Part shown: positions 35,992-46,327 of the stretch, piece by piece
How positions within the stretch are numbered: position 1 is the first letter of the stretch
Layout: every line of letters begins with the position of its first letter
From: Acidimicrobiales bacterium
GTDB taxonomy: Bacteria > Actinomycetota > Acidimicrobiia > Acidimicrobiales > JBOGGX01
DNA: 64,000 nucleotides
Direction: 5' to 3'
Assembly: GCA_050744245.1 (NCBI GenBank)
Contig: JBOGGX010000238.1
Coordinates: 287 to 64,286, forward strand
Program-made: the position numbers and the translations under genes
The notes under the pieces: model-generated
Seen by the model: only the letters and a program-made list of their open reading frames with translations
Database searches by the model: none
Told to the model about the DNA's origin: nothing

Positions 35992-36746
35992 CGACGCTCA
36001 TCTCGCCGTCGCCGGTACGCCGGGCCCATCTCTTCGAAACCGAGGTCGACGCCCTCACCCTGGCCGAGACGGTCGATCGGGCGTTCGAGCTCGTCGATGC
36101 GGGCGCGATCACCCAGCACGTCGTGCTCAATGCGGCCAAGGTCGTCCAGATGAGCAAGGACGATCGGCTCAAGGAGATCATCGACTCCTGTGGGTTGGTC
36201 AACGCCGACGGACAGTCCGTGGTCTGGGCCAGCCGGATCCTCGGACGGCCTCTGCCCGAACGAGTTGCGGGCATCGACCTGTTCAACGCCATCGTCGAGC
36301 GAGCGGCGAACACCGGGCACTCGCTGTTCTTCCTCGGGGCCACCGACGACGTCCTGAACGAGATGGTCCGCCGTCTTCGAGCGCGCCATCCTGGCCTCGT
36401 GGTCGCCGGCCATCGGAACGGCTACTGGAGCGATGACGACGAAGTCGTCGCCGCCGTCCGAGCGGCCAGCCCCGACTTTCTGTTCCTCGCCATCCCCAGC
36501 CCCCGCAAGGAGTTCTGGTTGAGCGAACACCTCCGGCCCCTCGGCGTGCCCTTCGTCATGGGGGTGGGTGGAACCTTCGACGTCGTGGCCGGCAAGGTCC
36601 GTCGAGCCCCGACCTGGGTCCAGCGCCTCGGTTGTGAATGGATCTACCGCCTGGCACAGGAACCGAGACGCATGTGGAAGCGCTATCTGAAGGGCAACTC
36701 CGCCTTCATGATGCTCACGGCTCGCGAGTGGTGGCGATCGGCATGA
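35988..36746 (+). CDS. WecB/TagA/CpsF-family (GT26) glycosyltransferase
   Basis: ATG at 35988 overlaps the upstream stop (ATGA). Motifs are VVLNAAKVVQMSKD..L.EII....LVNADGQSVVWASR, SLFFLGATDDVLNEMV, FLFLAIPSPRKEFW, VMGVGGTFDVVAGKVRRAP.WVQR.G.EWIYRL.QEPRRMWKRY. Confidence 0.85.
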   Translation: MTTLISPSPVRRAHLFETEVDALTLAETVDRAFELVDAGAITQHVVLNAAKVVQMSKDDRLKEIIDSCGLVNADGQSVVWASRILGRPLPERVAGIDLFNAIVERAANTGHSLFFLGATDDVLNEMVRRLRARHPGLVVAGHRNGYWSDDDEVVAAVRAASPDFLFLAIPSPRKEFWLSEHLRPLGVPFVMGVGGTFDVVAGKVRRAPTWVQRLGCEWIYRLAQEPRRMWKRYLKGNSAFMMLTAREWWRSA

Positions 36747-37930
36747 TCCGCCGCCCGGTCGTCATCGCGGGAGCCCGGCCCAACTTTGTCAAGGTCGCCC
36801 CGCTCATGCGGGCGCTGACCGCTCACGGCGTGGACGCCCGGCTGGTCCACACGGGCCAGCACTACGACGCAGCCATGTCGGCGAGCTTCTTCGAGTGCCT
36901 GGACATACCGGAGCCGGCCGTGAATCTCGGTGTTGGCTCCGGCAGCCACGGTTCGCAGACCGCGGCCGTGATGACTGCGTTCGAGGAGTGGCTGATCGGC
37001 GCCGACGCCGACGCGATTCTCGTCGTCGGCGACGTCAACTCCACCGTGGCCTGCGCCCTGGTCGGCGCGAAGGCCGGCATTCCCGTCGGTCACGTCGAGG
37101 CTGGACTGCGTGCGTTCGACCGCACGATGCCGGAGGAGATCAACCGGGTCGTCGTCGACGCCCTCGCCACCTGGCTCTTCACTCCCAGCTCTGATGCCGA
37201 TGAGAACCTTCTGGCCGAAGGGGTCGAGCCGGCGCGCATTCATCGCGTGGGCAACGTGATGGTCGACAGTCTTCTCGGAGCGCTCGACCGGGCGCGTCGA
37301 CAGACGGTCGTGGCCGACCTCGGACTGACGAGGGATGACTTCGGCCTCGTCACGCTGCACCGGCCCGCCCTCGTCGACGACGCTCGGCGGCTGGCCGACG
37401 TGGTGGACACGCTGTTGTCGATCGGCGACTGGGAGCGGCTGGTGTTCCCCGTCCATCCTCGGACCCGGAAGATGCTCGAACAGGCGGGCGTGGTCATCGA
37501 CGACCGGCGCATGAGCCTGGTCGAGCCGCTCGGGTACCTCGACTTCCTGGCCCTCGAGGAGGCGGCTGCCGTCGTCCTCACGGATTCAGGCGGCGTGCAG
37601 GAGGAGACCAGCGCCCTCGGCGTACCCTGCCTGACCCTGCGGGAGAACACCGAGCGGCCGATCACGGTGACGCTGGGAACGAACACCCTCGTCGGCTTCG
37701 ACCGGCGAACCATCCTCGCCGGAGCCGTCGCCGCCAGGGAACAGGGAAGGCAGGCGCCGGCGATCCCGCGGTGGGACGGGCGCGCCTGCGACCGGATCGC
37801 ACAGGTGCTCTCGGCTCCGGCCGAGCACATCGAGTTCGTGCCGCCGGAGCTGGCGCTGACGGGTTCGGCCGAGTTCAGGGCCGGGCGTCAACCGGCGTCA
37901 CCAGCGCTGGTGGCCGTCGCGCCTCGCTGA
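36743..37930 (+). CDS. wecB: UDP-N-acetylglucosamine (or UDP-2,3-diacetamido-glucuronate) 2-epimerase, non-hydrolysing
   Basis: ATG at 36743 overlaps the upstream stop. Motifs are VVIAGARPNFVKVAPLMRAL....V.ARLVHTGQHYD..MS..FF..L.IPEP..NLGVGSGSHG.QTA, VVGDVNST.A.AL.GAK.GIPV.HVEAGLR..DR.MPEEINR. Confidence 0.9.
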   Translation: MIRRPVVIAGARPNFVKVAPLMRALTAHGVDARLVHTGQHYDAAMSASFFECLDIPEPAVNLGVGSGSHGSQTAAVMTAFEEWLIGADADAILVVGDVNSTVACALVGAKAGIPVGHVEAGLRAFDRTMPEEINRVVVDALATWLFTPSSDADENLLAEGVEPARIHRVGNVMVDSLLGALDRARRQTVVADLGLTRDDFGLVTLHRPALVDDARRLADVVDTLLSIGDWERLVFPVHPRTRKMLEQAGVVIDDRRMSLVEPLGYLDFLALEEAAAVVLTDSGGVQEETSALGVPCLTLRENTERPITVTLGTNTLVGFDRRTILAGAVAAREQGRQAPAIPRWDGRACDRIAQVLSAPAEHIEFVPPELALTGSAEFRAGRQPASPALVAVAPR

Positions 37931-38233
37931 TCAGGGTCCGGTCGGCGGTCGCCCGGGGTGCTCGCGCCTTCGGTACGGCTGCCCACGCCAGCGTCGACTC
38001 GATGGGCTGACCGGTGACCGGCCAGTGCTGTGACACAACCGTTCGCGCCATGGGGGAGCCCTCCCCGCGCCCGAACCGGAGGTTCCGGCGCTCGGTCCCG
38101 CCCACCCGCGCTCCGCGATCCCCCCTCGGCTCAGGTCGGATCCGGGTCTGCCGGTCCGACCTGGGAAACATCGAGCGGCCGAAGGCCGCACGCTTGCGAG
38201 CCGAAGCCCCGTCAGGGGCGAAGGCGAGAGATT

Positions 38234-38260
38234 CGACCAGCAACCTCTGGTTGCTGGTCG
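38234..38260. terminator. bidirectional hairpin between convergent operons
   Basis: A perfect 12-bp stem CGACCAGCAACC / GGTTGCTGGTCG with a 3-nt loop (tct) lies between the wecB end (37930) and the end of the minus-strand beta-helix gene (38266). No U-tract follows, as is common in GC-rich genomes. Confidence 0.5.
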
Positions 38261-38265
38261 AGGTT

Positions 38266-39294
38266 CTAGCCCTCATAGTCCGTGGTCCGTCGCGAACCGT
38301 CGGGCCACCAGTACCTGCCGTCATCGGACGAAGGTTGATGGTCGCTCCCTGGTGCCACTCGCCAGCGATTGTCACGCCAGACGTTGCCGGTCTCGCCGAC
38401 CCACGCCGCGCCGGTGTAGAGCGGCCCCCAGTCCGGCGGTATGTCGGTACCAAAGGTGTTGCCGACGAACGTGATGTTCGAGCCTCCGAGCTCCTCGCCG
38501 ATCGCCACGCTGTAGCCGAACCCTGAGAAGTAGTTGTTGGTGATCGTCACGTTCTCGTACGGGCGCTCGGAGGCTTGGAGGGCCAGGCCTTGGGTGTTCC
38601 CGACCGAAGCGATGTAGTTCTGGTCGAACACCATGTGGGTCGGGCCGCCCTCGTTCGACAGGATGGCATCGGTGTGGTCGATGCCGCCATCGTCGCGGGC
38701 ATCGTGGAACCAGGAGTTGCGGACCACGAACGGCTGAGCCTCGCTCGAGAAGTTGATCTGGATGGCATTGCCCCAGCCCCAGAAGTCCGAGTGATCGACC
38801 GTGACCCGACCCGCCTCTCGCTGATCGATGCCGTACTGATAGCCCTGCTCGTAGGCAACGGGTGGCGAGTCGTCGGCGCTGGGCTCGAACGTGCTGTAGT
38901 CGAACAGGATGTTGTCGCCCCGCACGACCACGTTGGCGTCGCCGACGGCATTGGATGCGAAGCGACATCCGTAGAACGTCACGTCGTTGACCCGTCCGAG
39001 CGACGTCGTCCCGACGCTCACACCGTCGTCGAAGTTGCAGAATCGGTAGGTCTTCCCGCTCTCGATCGGACCCTCGCACTCCGTGAGCCGTCCCGGGTAG
39101 CCGGGAGCGTTGGCGTAGCCCGTGTCGGTGGCGTTGGGCCACGTGCTGGCGGCGTCGGTAGCCGCGTGGGCGCTCCGGTTCGACGCATCCCCGCTCGATC
39201 CATCGTGGACGATGACAAGGGTGATCGCCAGGGCCACGACAACCGCGATCCCAACCGTGAACAACGCGATCAGCCTTCGCTGCGGTTCGGTCAT
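38266..39294 (-). CDS. membrane-anchored right-handed beta-helix (pectate-lyase-fold) protein
   Basis: Internal ATG (39294) of ORF 38266-39459. A signal-anchor LIALFTVGIAVVVALAITLVIV is followed by repetitive beta-helix-like rungs (VTFYGCRF, NILFDYSTF, VTVDHSDFWGWGNAIQI, VVRNSWFHD, VTITNNYFSGFGYSVAIG, ITFVGNTF). Confidence 0.7.
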   Translation of the reverse strand: MTEPQRRLIALFTVGIAVVVALAITLVIVHDGSSGDASNRSAHAATDAASTWPNATDTGYANAPGYPGRLTECEGPIESGKTYRFCNFDDGVSVGTTSLGRVNDVTFYGCRFASNAVGDANVVVRGDNILFDYSTFEPSADDSPPVAYEQGYQYGIDQREAGRVTVDHSDFWGWGNAIQINFSSEAQPFVVRNSWFHDARDDGGIDHTDAILSNEGGPTHMVFDQNYIASVGNTQGLALQASERPYENVTITNNYFSGFGYSVAIGEELGGSNITFVGNTFGTDIPPDWGPLYTGAAWVGETGNVWRDNRWRVAPGSDHQPSSDDGRYWWPDGSRRTTDYEG

Positions 39295-39341
39295 CGGAGA
39301 TCGATCACTCTGCGCATGGGAGCCCGGATCGATCGTTCGGC

Positions 39342-40853
39342 TCAGCCCGCCCGCTCGGGCACTGGTTGCAACGCTCTCGGGCGTCGCGCCGCGAGCCAGG
39401 ACGTCGCCGATCCAAGCGTGGATCGCAACGGGAACGCGATCGCGAGGAAGGACACGCACACGGCACCGGCACCCACAGTGAGCTGCGCGATCGTCGAATC
39501 AAGCAACGAGAGACCAATCAGCGCGGTGACCACCGCGGCACAACCGGCAAGCAGCGGTCGGACGAGGGAGCCGAGGGTGGCCCGGGCCGATATGCCGGCG
39601 CGGTCGAGGACGACGACGTACGCCGGGGCGACGATCACGAGGGCCACGGCGACCTGGGCCATGGCCGCCCCACGGATGCCTCCAAGGTGGGCGCCGATGG
39701 CCACCGCAGGGACCAGGGACGCCAGCCAGGCCGCCTGCAGCCACAGCAACGAGCGGGATCGGCCCAGGGCGAGCAGGACGTCATAGCAGAGGCCGACGGC
39801 AACCCGGACGGTGCCGATCACCGCCAGCCATCGAACGACGCCGACCGCCGTCAGCCACCGCTGTCCGTACAGCGTGCCGATGACGGGCTCGGCGAGCGTC
39901 GCCAGCAGGACGGTGCCGAGCAACACCAGGCGGACAACCATGCCGAGCGACCGGGCGAAGGCCCGCTCGAGTTCTTCCGGCTGGTCCACCAACCGGGCGA
40001 AGCCTGGGATCGCCACCCGACGGATGGCCATCGACAGCAGATTCGGTGGCCAGCTCGAGAGGTTGTAGGCGAGCACATAGAAGCCCAGCGCCGTCGGGCC
40101 GAGTATGCGCCCGACGACGAGGTTGTCGACGTTCGTCACCGTCAGCAGCAGAAAGCTCGCGCCGGCGAGCGGAAGTCCGAAGCGAATCAGTTGGCGAGCA
40201 TCGGCGCGATTCCAACCAGGTCGTGGCCGACGCGGCGCAAGCGCGAGGATCAGCACCGTGGCGCACAGGTTCCCGGCCACGCCGCTCCAGGCCAGGCTCA
40301 GGGCGCCGTAGCCGGCGCTGGCCAGGCCGATCCCGAGTGTCGCCGACACGGCCGACGCGGTCAGGTCGGCAACCGCCCGACGACCCTGGAGAAAGCCCCG
40401 TGTGAGCAGTGCGTTCGGTATCGACGAGATCCCATCGAGGATCACGCTCATCGAGAGAATGCGCAGGACGGTCATCGCTTCCGGGGCCTGGAGGCTGGTC
40501 GCCACCCACGGCGCAGCCAGGAACAGGCCAGCGAACACGAGGCCGCTGCTGACCACCGACAACGTCACCGCCGTGTGACTGGCTCGGGAGGGGTCGCCCT
40601 GCCATCGAACGATGGCCACGCTCACGCCCAGCTCGTTCATGCTCTGCAGGACGTTGAGCGCAACCAGCCCGATCGCGAAGACGCCGAAGTGCTCTGGGGT
40701 CAGGAGTCTGGCCATCACCAGCCCGACGACCAAGGTGAGGGCTCGCGCCGCGACGCTGTTGATCAAGCTCCATCCGAGACCGCCTCGCACCCGCCGTCGG
40801 AGCTCGTCGGACGTGTCCGGCACCGGCAGCCGGTCGGTCAGCGGCGAGGGCAT
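39342..40853 (-). CDS. Wzx-type oligosaccharide flippase (polysaccharide biosynthesis protein, MOP superfamily)
   Basis: 503-aa ORF with ~12-14 predicted TM helices. The N-terminus RGGLGWSLINSVAARALTLVVGLVMARLLTPEHFGVFAI is typical. Confidence 0.85.
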   Translation of the reverse strand: MPSPLTDRLPVPDTSDELRRRVRGGLGWSLINSVAARALTLVVGLVMARLLTPEHFGVFAIGLVALNVLQSMNELGVSVAIVRWQGDPSRASHTAVTLSVVSSGLVFAGLFLAAPWVATSLQAPEAMTVLRILSMSVILDGISSIPNALLTRGFLQGRRAVADLTASAVSATLGIGLASAGYGALSLAWSGVAGNLCATVLILALAPRRPRPGWNRADARQLIRFGLPLAGASFLLLTVTNVDNLVVGRILGPTALGFYVLAYNLSSWPPNLLSMAIRRVAIPGFARLVDQPEELERAFARSLGMVVRLVLLGTVLLATLAEPVIGTLYGQRWLTAVGVVRWLAVIGTVRVAVGLCYDVLLALGRSRSLLWLQAAWLASLVPAVAIGAHLGGIRGAAMAQVAVALVIVAPAYVVVLDRAGISARATLGSLVRPLLAGCAAVVTALIGLSLLDSTIAQLTVGAGAVCVSFLAIAFPLRSTLGSATSWLAARRPRALQPVPERAG

Positions 40854-42070
40854 GCCGCCGCCTGGAGCCTCATCGCCTCATCGTTGCGTCGCGCTCGCTT
40901 CTCGCAGGGGCGGTGGGCCCGCACCTCGGCACCGAGCGCCCGCACGCCGACCCGCAGCGCGTCAGCCGTGACCGGGGCCCGCGCCTGCCGCGCCGCGGCC
41001 TGCCCGTAGATGTCGACGAGGGAGCTCGCCGCGGCCTGCAGGCTGTAGCGCTCGCGTACCACGCCCAGGCCGAAGTCGCCCACCCGGCGCCGGTGATCGT
41101 GGCTGTCGAGGAGGCCGACCATCTGGGAGGCCAGGACCTCTCCGCTGCGGCCACCCGTTCCGACGCCGTACATGCCTTGCCAGAGGAACATCGGTGCCGA
41201 CGTGCGGTCGAAGACCTCGGAAAATCCGAGCTCGCCCTGGACGACAACCGGCTTGGCGTGCGCCATTCCTCGCAGCGCCGAGCTGCCCATCCCGACGACG
41301 ACATCGGCGGCCGCGTAGGCCGGCCGCGGATCGAGCATCGGGCCGACCAGACGGACCACGGAACGCCCGGCCCGCTCGTTGACGAGCTCCGCTCGGGTCT
41401 GGAGCTGGGGCGCCGCGGGACCGTCGCCGACGACGAGCAGGTGCATCGGATAGCGATCGGCGAGTCGGCCGGCTGCGTCGATCGCCTCGGAGAGCGCGTC
41501 CAGCTTGAGCTCGATCGACAGTCGAGAGACGGTCACCACCAGGAGATCGTCGACGCCGATGCTGTGCTGGCGCCGAAACGCCGACCCGTCGTTGCGCGGA
41601 TGGTCATGCTCGACGTCGATGGGAGGCTCGACCACCGATACGAGTCCGCCTTGCTGGGCCTCGGCCTGCGCGCCGAGCTGCGGCGTCCCCATGATGAGCG
41701 GCACCGAACGGGGGACCAGGGGCGACACCGACATCGACAGGACGGTGCACACGAGCGGCACCCCACCGACGAGATGGGCGCCGTAGAAGGCGTCGAGGCA
41801 TGGTGGCCACTCGTAGGCATGGATCAGGTCGATTCGCTCCCGCCGGACCAGTCGAGCGAGCTGCCAGATCCGCGACGGCGCCGGCCGGTACTGCATCGGG
41901 TGGGCGGCGAAGAAGGGGATGCCCTTCTCCTCGACCCGGGCGGCAAGCGGACCGGGAATCCCATACACGACGGCGTCGTGGCCGAGCTCGCCGATCTGGC
42001 TGGCCAGGTCGATGGCGTTGAGCTGGCTCCCGCCGATGGCGAGATCGTGGGGATAGACGAGAACTCTCAT
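40838..42070 (-). CDS. family-4 (GT-B) glycosyltransferase
   Basis: 410-aa ORF with MRVLVYPHDLAIGGSQLNAIDLA..., a C-terminal GT-B half and an E-x7-E-like region (VVVGMGSSALRGMAHAKPVVV). Confidence 0.8.
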   Translation of the reverse strand: MRVLVYPHDLAIGGSQLNAIDLASQIGELGHDAVVYGIPGPLAARVEEKGIPFFAAHPMQYRPAPSRIWQLARLVRRERIDLIHAYEWPPCLDAFYGAHLVGGVPLVCTVLSMSVSPLVPRSVPLIMGTPQLGAQAEAQQGGLVSVVEPPIDVEHDHPRNDGSAFRRQHSIGVDDLLVVTVSRLSIELKLDALSEAIDAAGRLADRYPMHLLVVGDGPAAPQLQTRAELVNERAGRSVVRLVGPMLDPRPAYAAADVVVGMGSSALRGMAHAKPVVVQGELGFSEVFDRTSAPMFLWQGMYGVGTGGRSGEVLASQMVGLLDSHDHRRRVGDFGLGVVRERYSLQAAASSLVDIYGQAAARQARAPVTADALRVGVRALGAEVRAHRPCEKRARRNDEAMRLQAAACPRR

Positions 42071-42082
42071 GCGTGTGCGTCC

Positions 42083-43279
42083 TCAGCCTCGGGCCAATGC
42101 CGCTTCGCGAGGCGTTGACCGTCGGGCCTCGAGACCCAGGATCTCGGCGACCTGGTCGGTTCGGGCCGACCAGCTGTGGCTGACCGCGAAGGCGTGCCGC
42201 CTCGCCTTGAGGTCCCGAGGGTTCGGCTCGACCAGCGCCCGATCGACGGCGTCGGCGAAGTCGGCCGGCCCGCTGGCCACCGAGATGAGATCGGTGTCGA
42301 GCCAGCGGACGGCGGGGAGATCCGTCGCCACGACGGCACGACCTGCGGCCAGGTACTCGAGCGTCTTGAGCGGAAAGCTCGCCAGGTTGAACTCCGATTC
42401 TGCATACGGCGTCAGTCCGACGTCGATGCAGCCCAGGTAGGAAGGGAGCTCGGCAAACGGCTTCTGGCCGACCCAGCACACGTTGGGCCGGGCGAGGAGT
42501 CGGTCGAGCCGCTCGGGCTCGTAGCCCGGATCTCTCGGTCCGACGAGCAGGAGCGATCTCCCGCGGTCGGCGACCGCCTCCAGGAGGTCGAGGTCGATGC
42601 GGGCCGAGATGTGCCCGACGACACCGCACACGGGCGACGGGAGGCTGACATCCGTCGGCATGGGTGCGTCGTCGGCGGCCGCGTAGTGGTCGGCGTCTGA
42701 TCCGTTCGGAACCAGGACCGGTCGCTGTCCGAGATCACGCCACTTGCCGCACAGGGCGGGCGAGACCGCGAGAACGACGTCGGCCTGCCGAGCCTGGCGG
42801 CGCTCGTCGCGTCGAAGTCTGGCCGCACCGACACCCATGAGCGAGGCACCGGCGACGAAGTCGTCGGTTGCGTACACGACCCTCAGCTCCTCGTCGCCCG
42901 CGCCGAAGTAGACGGCGTACGTGCCCACGACCATGGCCCGCACCTTGCCCCCGAGCGTCCTCACCGCGCGTCGTATCGATCGACGCACGAGCTGTTCCGT
43001 GACGACGTGCATCCCGGCGCGAGTCATGCCGGGCAGGGCGACCGGCGTCAGTCGGGCCAGCCCCGGCCGAACCAGTCGTAGGCGGGGCCCCTGCAACGAT
43101 GGCTGCAGGTGGGGATGGCGCCGTCCCGTCAGGTGCGACAGCGGCGGATCGACGAACAGAACGGGTGCGTGCTCGGTCAGGCGTTCGGCGACATGTCGTT
43201 CGGAGCCCGGCACCCCGTCCCACGACGTGCCACCGCACACCACGACCATCCCGTCCCAGTTGCCTGGCAGCCGTTCCAT
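42083..43279 (-). CDS. glycosyltransferase (GT-B; TuaH-like)
   Basis: Internal ATG (43279) of ORF 42083-43408. Motifs are VVVCGGTSWDGVPGSERHVAERL....PVLFVDPP, VVGHISARIDLDLLEAVA and FPLKTLEYLAAGRAVVATDLPA. Confidence 0.75.
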   Translation of the reverse strand: MERLPGNWDGMVVVCGGTSWDGVPGSERHVAERLTEHAPVLFVDPPLSHLTGRRHPHLQPSLQGPRLRLVRPGLARLTPVALPGMTRAGMHVVTEQLVRRSIRRAVRTLGGKVRAMVVGTYAVYFGAGDEELRVVYATDDFVAGASLMGVGAARLRRDERRQARQADVVLAVSPALCGKWRDLGQRPVLVPNGSDADHYAAADDAPMPTDVSLPSPVCGVVGHISARIDLDLLEAVADRGRSLLLVGPRDPGYEPERLDRLLARPNVCWVGQKPFAELPSYLGCIDVGLTPYAESEFNLASFPLKTLEYLAAGRAVVATDLPAVRWLDTDLISVASGPADFADAVDRALVEPNPRDLKARRHAFAVSHSWSARTDQVAEILGLEARRSTPREAALARG

Positions 43280-43362
43280 CTCTTTCGTGTCCTCGTCTCG
43301 GTCGTGATGCGCCCACCGGCGCGACCGCGTCTGCTCGCGGCGCGGCGAGGCGAACACGATCG

Positions 43363-43417
43363 ATCCTGTCGCGGTCGTCTGAAGCAGGCCTGAAGTCGCC
43401 CTGAGCATCCGCTGAGC
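43363..43417 (-). promoter_or_regulatory. S3: 4 x 11-bp phased hexamer array + -10-like hexamer, facing the GT/flippase operon
   Basis: Read on the minus strand: GCTCAG-cggat-GCTCAG-ggcga-CTTCAG-gcctg-CTTCAG-acgaccgcga-CAGGAT. Plus-strand CTGAAG/CTGAGC start at 43379, 43390, 43401 and 43412. The gene start is at 43279. Confidence 0.65.
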
Positions 43418-43435
43418 CCGTTCCGTCTGGATCCG

Positions 43436-46327
43436 TCAGGTCGGACGGAACACGACGTCAACCCAGTAGTTGGTGGCGCTGAAGCTGCCGGTTGGGAAAC
43501 CACCGGACCCGTAGGCGAACAGGCCATTGCCTCCGCCCACGCCGTTCGTGAAGGCGTGGAGCGGCGGCGCGTCGACCGGCGCGTTGAACTGGTTCCTCGT
43601 TGTCGAATACCTGCCCGCAGGGGCGTGATAGGACGCCACGTAGGTCGCGTTGGCCGTGACCGGGACCGGTGTCGCAAAGTCCACCTGCTGCCACCCCGAT
43701 GACGTCTCGGTGGCAAAGACCGCCGTCGCGAGAAGAGCGCCCGAGGCCGACCAGAGGTTGCCGACATGGGTGCCCGTGTTGCCGGGACCCTTGTAGAACC
43801 GGACGCCGGTGATCTCACCGGCGACGGCCGACATGAACCGCACACCGAGCTCGAGCGGGCCAGCGTCGTTCGCCGCGGCCAACTCGGGGACGGCCGTCGG
43901 GCCAAAGATCGTCGACGTCCCGGCCGCCGCGGTGGTAAAGCTCCACGACACCGGTGCGGCCATCGGGTTGCCATGGACGTCACGGGCCCCGCTGACGGTT
44001 GCCGTGTAGGACGTCGCGCCGGCGAGCGCCGCGTTCGGCTGGAAGGTCGCCGTCATCGTGCTCGGGTCGTAGGTCAGGGAACCCGAGACCGGCGCGTTGG
44101 CCGAGTCGCGAAGCTCGAAGGAGATCGTGCCCGGCTGCACCGCCTCGTTGAATCGCACGGAGAGACCCGAGGTGGCGGCCACATTCTGCGTACCGGGTTC
44201 CGGAACCTGGGCCACAACACTCGGACCCGAGGTGTCGCGGAAGACCACGTCGACCCAGTAGTTGGTGTTGCCGTAGGCATCGGTCGGGAAGCCGCCCGGG
44301 CCGTAGCGGTACACACCGTTCACTCCGTCGACACCGCTCCTCAGCGCGTGAAGCGGCGGCCGGTCGGCACCGACGCTCGTGAAGAAGCCGCCGGTGGCGG
44401 CGAAGCGTCCGGCGGGGGCGTGGTACGAGGCGACGTACGTCGTCGCCGCGCCGACCGGGATCGGCGTCGCGAGGTTGGCCTGTTGCCATCCGGTCGCCGT
44501 CTCGGCGGCAAAGGTGACCGATCCGAGGAGGGTGCCGGTCGCGGTCCAGAGGTGACCGATGTGAGGACCGACATTGCCGGGGCCCTTGTAGAACCGGATG
44601 GCCGTGATGACACCATCGCCGTCGGTACGCAACTTCACACCGAGCTCGACCGGGGCGGTGTCGGTGTCCGCGGCGACGGCGGGCACCGCCGACGTGTCCC
44701 AGATGCTGCATGGAGTGAGGCCGGGCCCGGCGACGGTCGTGAACGACCACACCGCGGGCGTCGTCATGGTGTTGCCGGAGGGGTCGGCGGCCGAAACCTC
44801 GGCCGTGTACGTCGCACCCAGGGCCAACGCCGCGCCGGGAGTGAACGTCGCCGACCGACTTGCGGCGTCGTAGCCGGCGGCCCCGGCGACATTGGCGCCG
44901 GCGCCGGTACGCAGGGTGAAGCCGAGCGACGAGGGATCGATCGCCTCGTCGAAGGTCGCGGTCACGGTCGTCCCGGTGGCCACGCTCTCCAGGTTGGGGC
45001 CGGGCGACTGGTTCACGACCGTGGGCCCGAGCACGTCCGGAGGCACGCCGAACATGACATCGACCCAATAGTTGGAGTGCGCCCAGCTGCTCGTGGGGAA
45101 GCCGGCTTCGCCGTAGCGATACACGCCGTTCGGCCCGCTCGCGCCGGACGGCAGGCCGTGCAATGGCCCGCGGTCGACGCCCGACCCGGCGAAGAAGTTG
45201 CTCGTGGCCGGGTAGCGGCCGACCGGCGCGTGGTACGACGCCACGTATACGGAGCCCTTGGTGACCGGGACCGGTGCGTCGAGGTTCGCCTGCTGCCATC
45301 CGGCGGCACTCTCGTCGGCGAAGGTGACCGTGGCCAGCAGCGCGCCGCCGGCACTCCACAGATGGCCGACGTGCGTCCCGGTGTCTCCTGGCCCCTTGAA
45401 GAAGCGGATCGCGGTGACGTGTCCGTCGACGTCGGCCTTGAACTTCACCCCGAGCTCGATGGCGTTCGCATCGTTCACGGCCGGCGTCGCCGGACCCGCC
45501 GAGGAGTCCCACAGGCTCGTCGGCACCCCGCCGGGCGCGGTGGTGGTGGTGAACGACCAACTGACCGCGGCGGCCAATGGATTCCCCGCGACGTCCTGGG
45601 CGGCGGTGACCGTGGCCGTGTAGTGCGACCTCGTCGCCAGCGCGGACGACGGCGTGAAGGTCGCGGTTCGAGTGGATCCGTGGTAGGCGGTGGATCCGGC
45701 CACGACGGCACCGAATTCGTCCCGCAGCTCGAGAACGATCGACGACGGATTCATCGCCTCGCTGAACGAAGCCGAGATCGCCGTCGACGGCGCGACCGCC
45801 TCGATGCCGGGAGCCGGCGATCGATCGACGACGGCGGGGGCGACCGCGTTGTCGTTGTTGAACACGACGTCGACCCAGTAGTTCGCCGCGTTGTAGGTGC
45901 TGGTCGGGAAGCCGCTCGAGCCGTCGCGGTACACGCCGTTCGGCCCGTCCTCACCGGTCACCAGGGCGCGCAACGGCCACACTTCGTAGCCCGACGTCGC
46001 AAAGTAATTGCCGTCGGCTGCGTAGTGACCGTTGGGGGCGAAGTACGACGCGACAAACGTCGTTCCTGCCGTGACGGGAACCGGCGCCGGCAGGTTGGCC
46101 TGCTGCCATCCGGACACGGTCTCGCCGGTGAAGGTCGCGGTGGCGAGCAGCGCCCCGCCGCTCGTCCAGAGGTGGCCGACGTGGGTACCTGTGTTGCCCG
46201 CTCCCTTGTAGAAGCGGAGTCCCGTGATGAAGCCGTCGATGGTCGGACGGAACCTCACGCCGAGCTCGACGGGCGTCGGGTCGCTGGCCGCCGGGTTGGC
46301 GGGCGACGCCGAGGAGTGCCAGATGGT
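43436..46327 (-). repeat. intragenic tandem modules (DUF4082 + Ig linker, ~0.87 kb period, diverged)
   Basis: Protein-level repeats start near aa 658, 950, 1240 and 1470. The DNA copies have diverged but are recognisably collinear. Confidence 0.7.

Noticed and set aside
38180-38224. CGAAGG/CGAAGC motifs repeated upstream of the 38234 hairpin.
   Set aside because: The spacing is irregular (22 and 17 bp), the motifs sit between convergent gene ends with no promoter context, and they are not related to the CTTCAG arrays.
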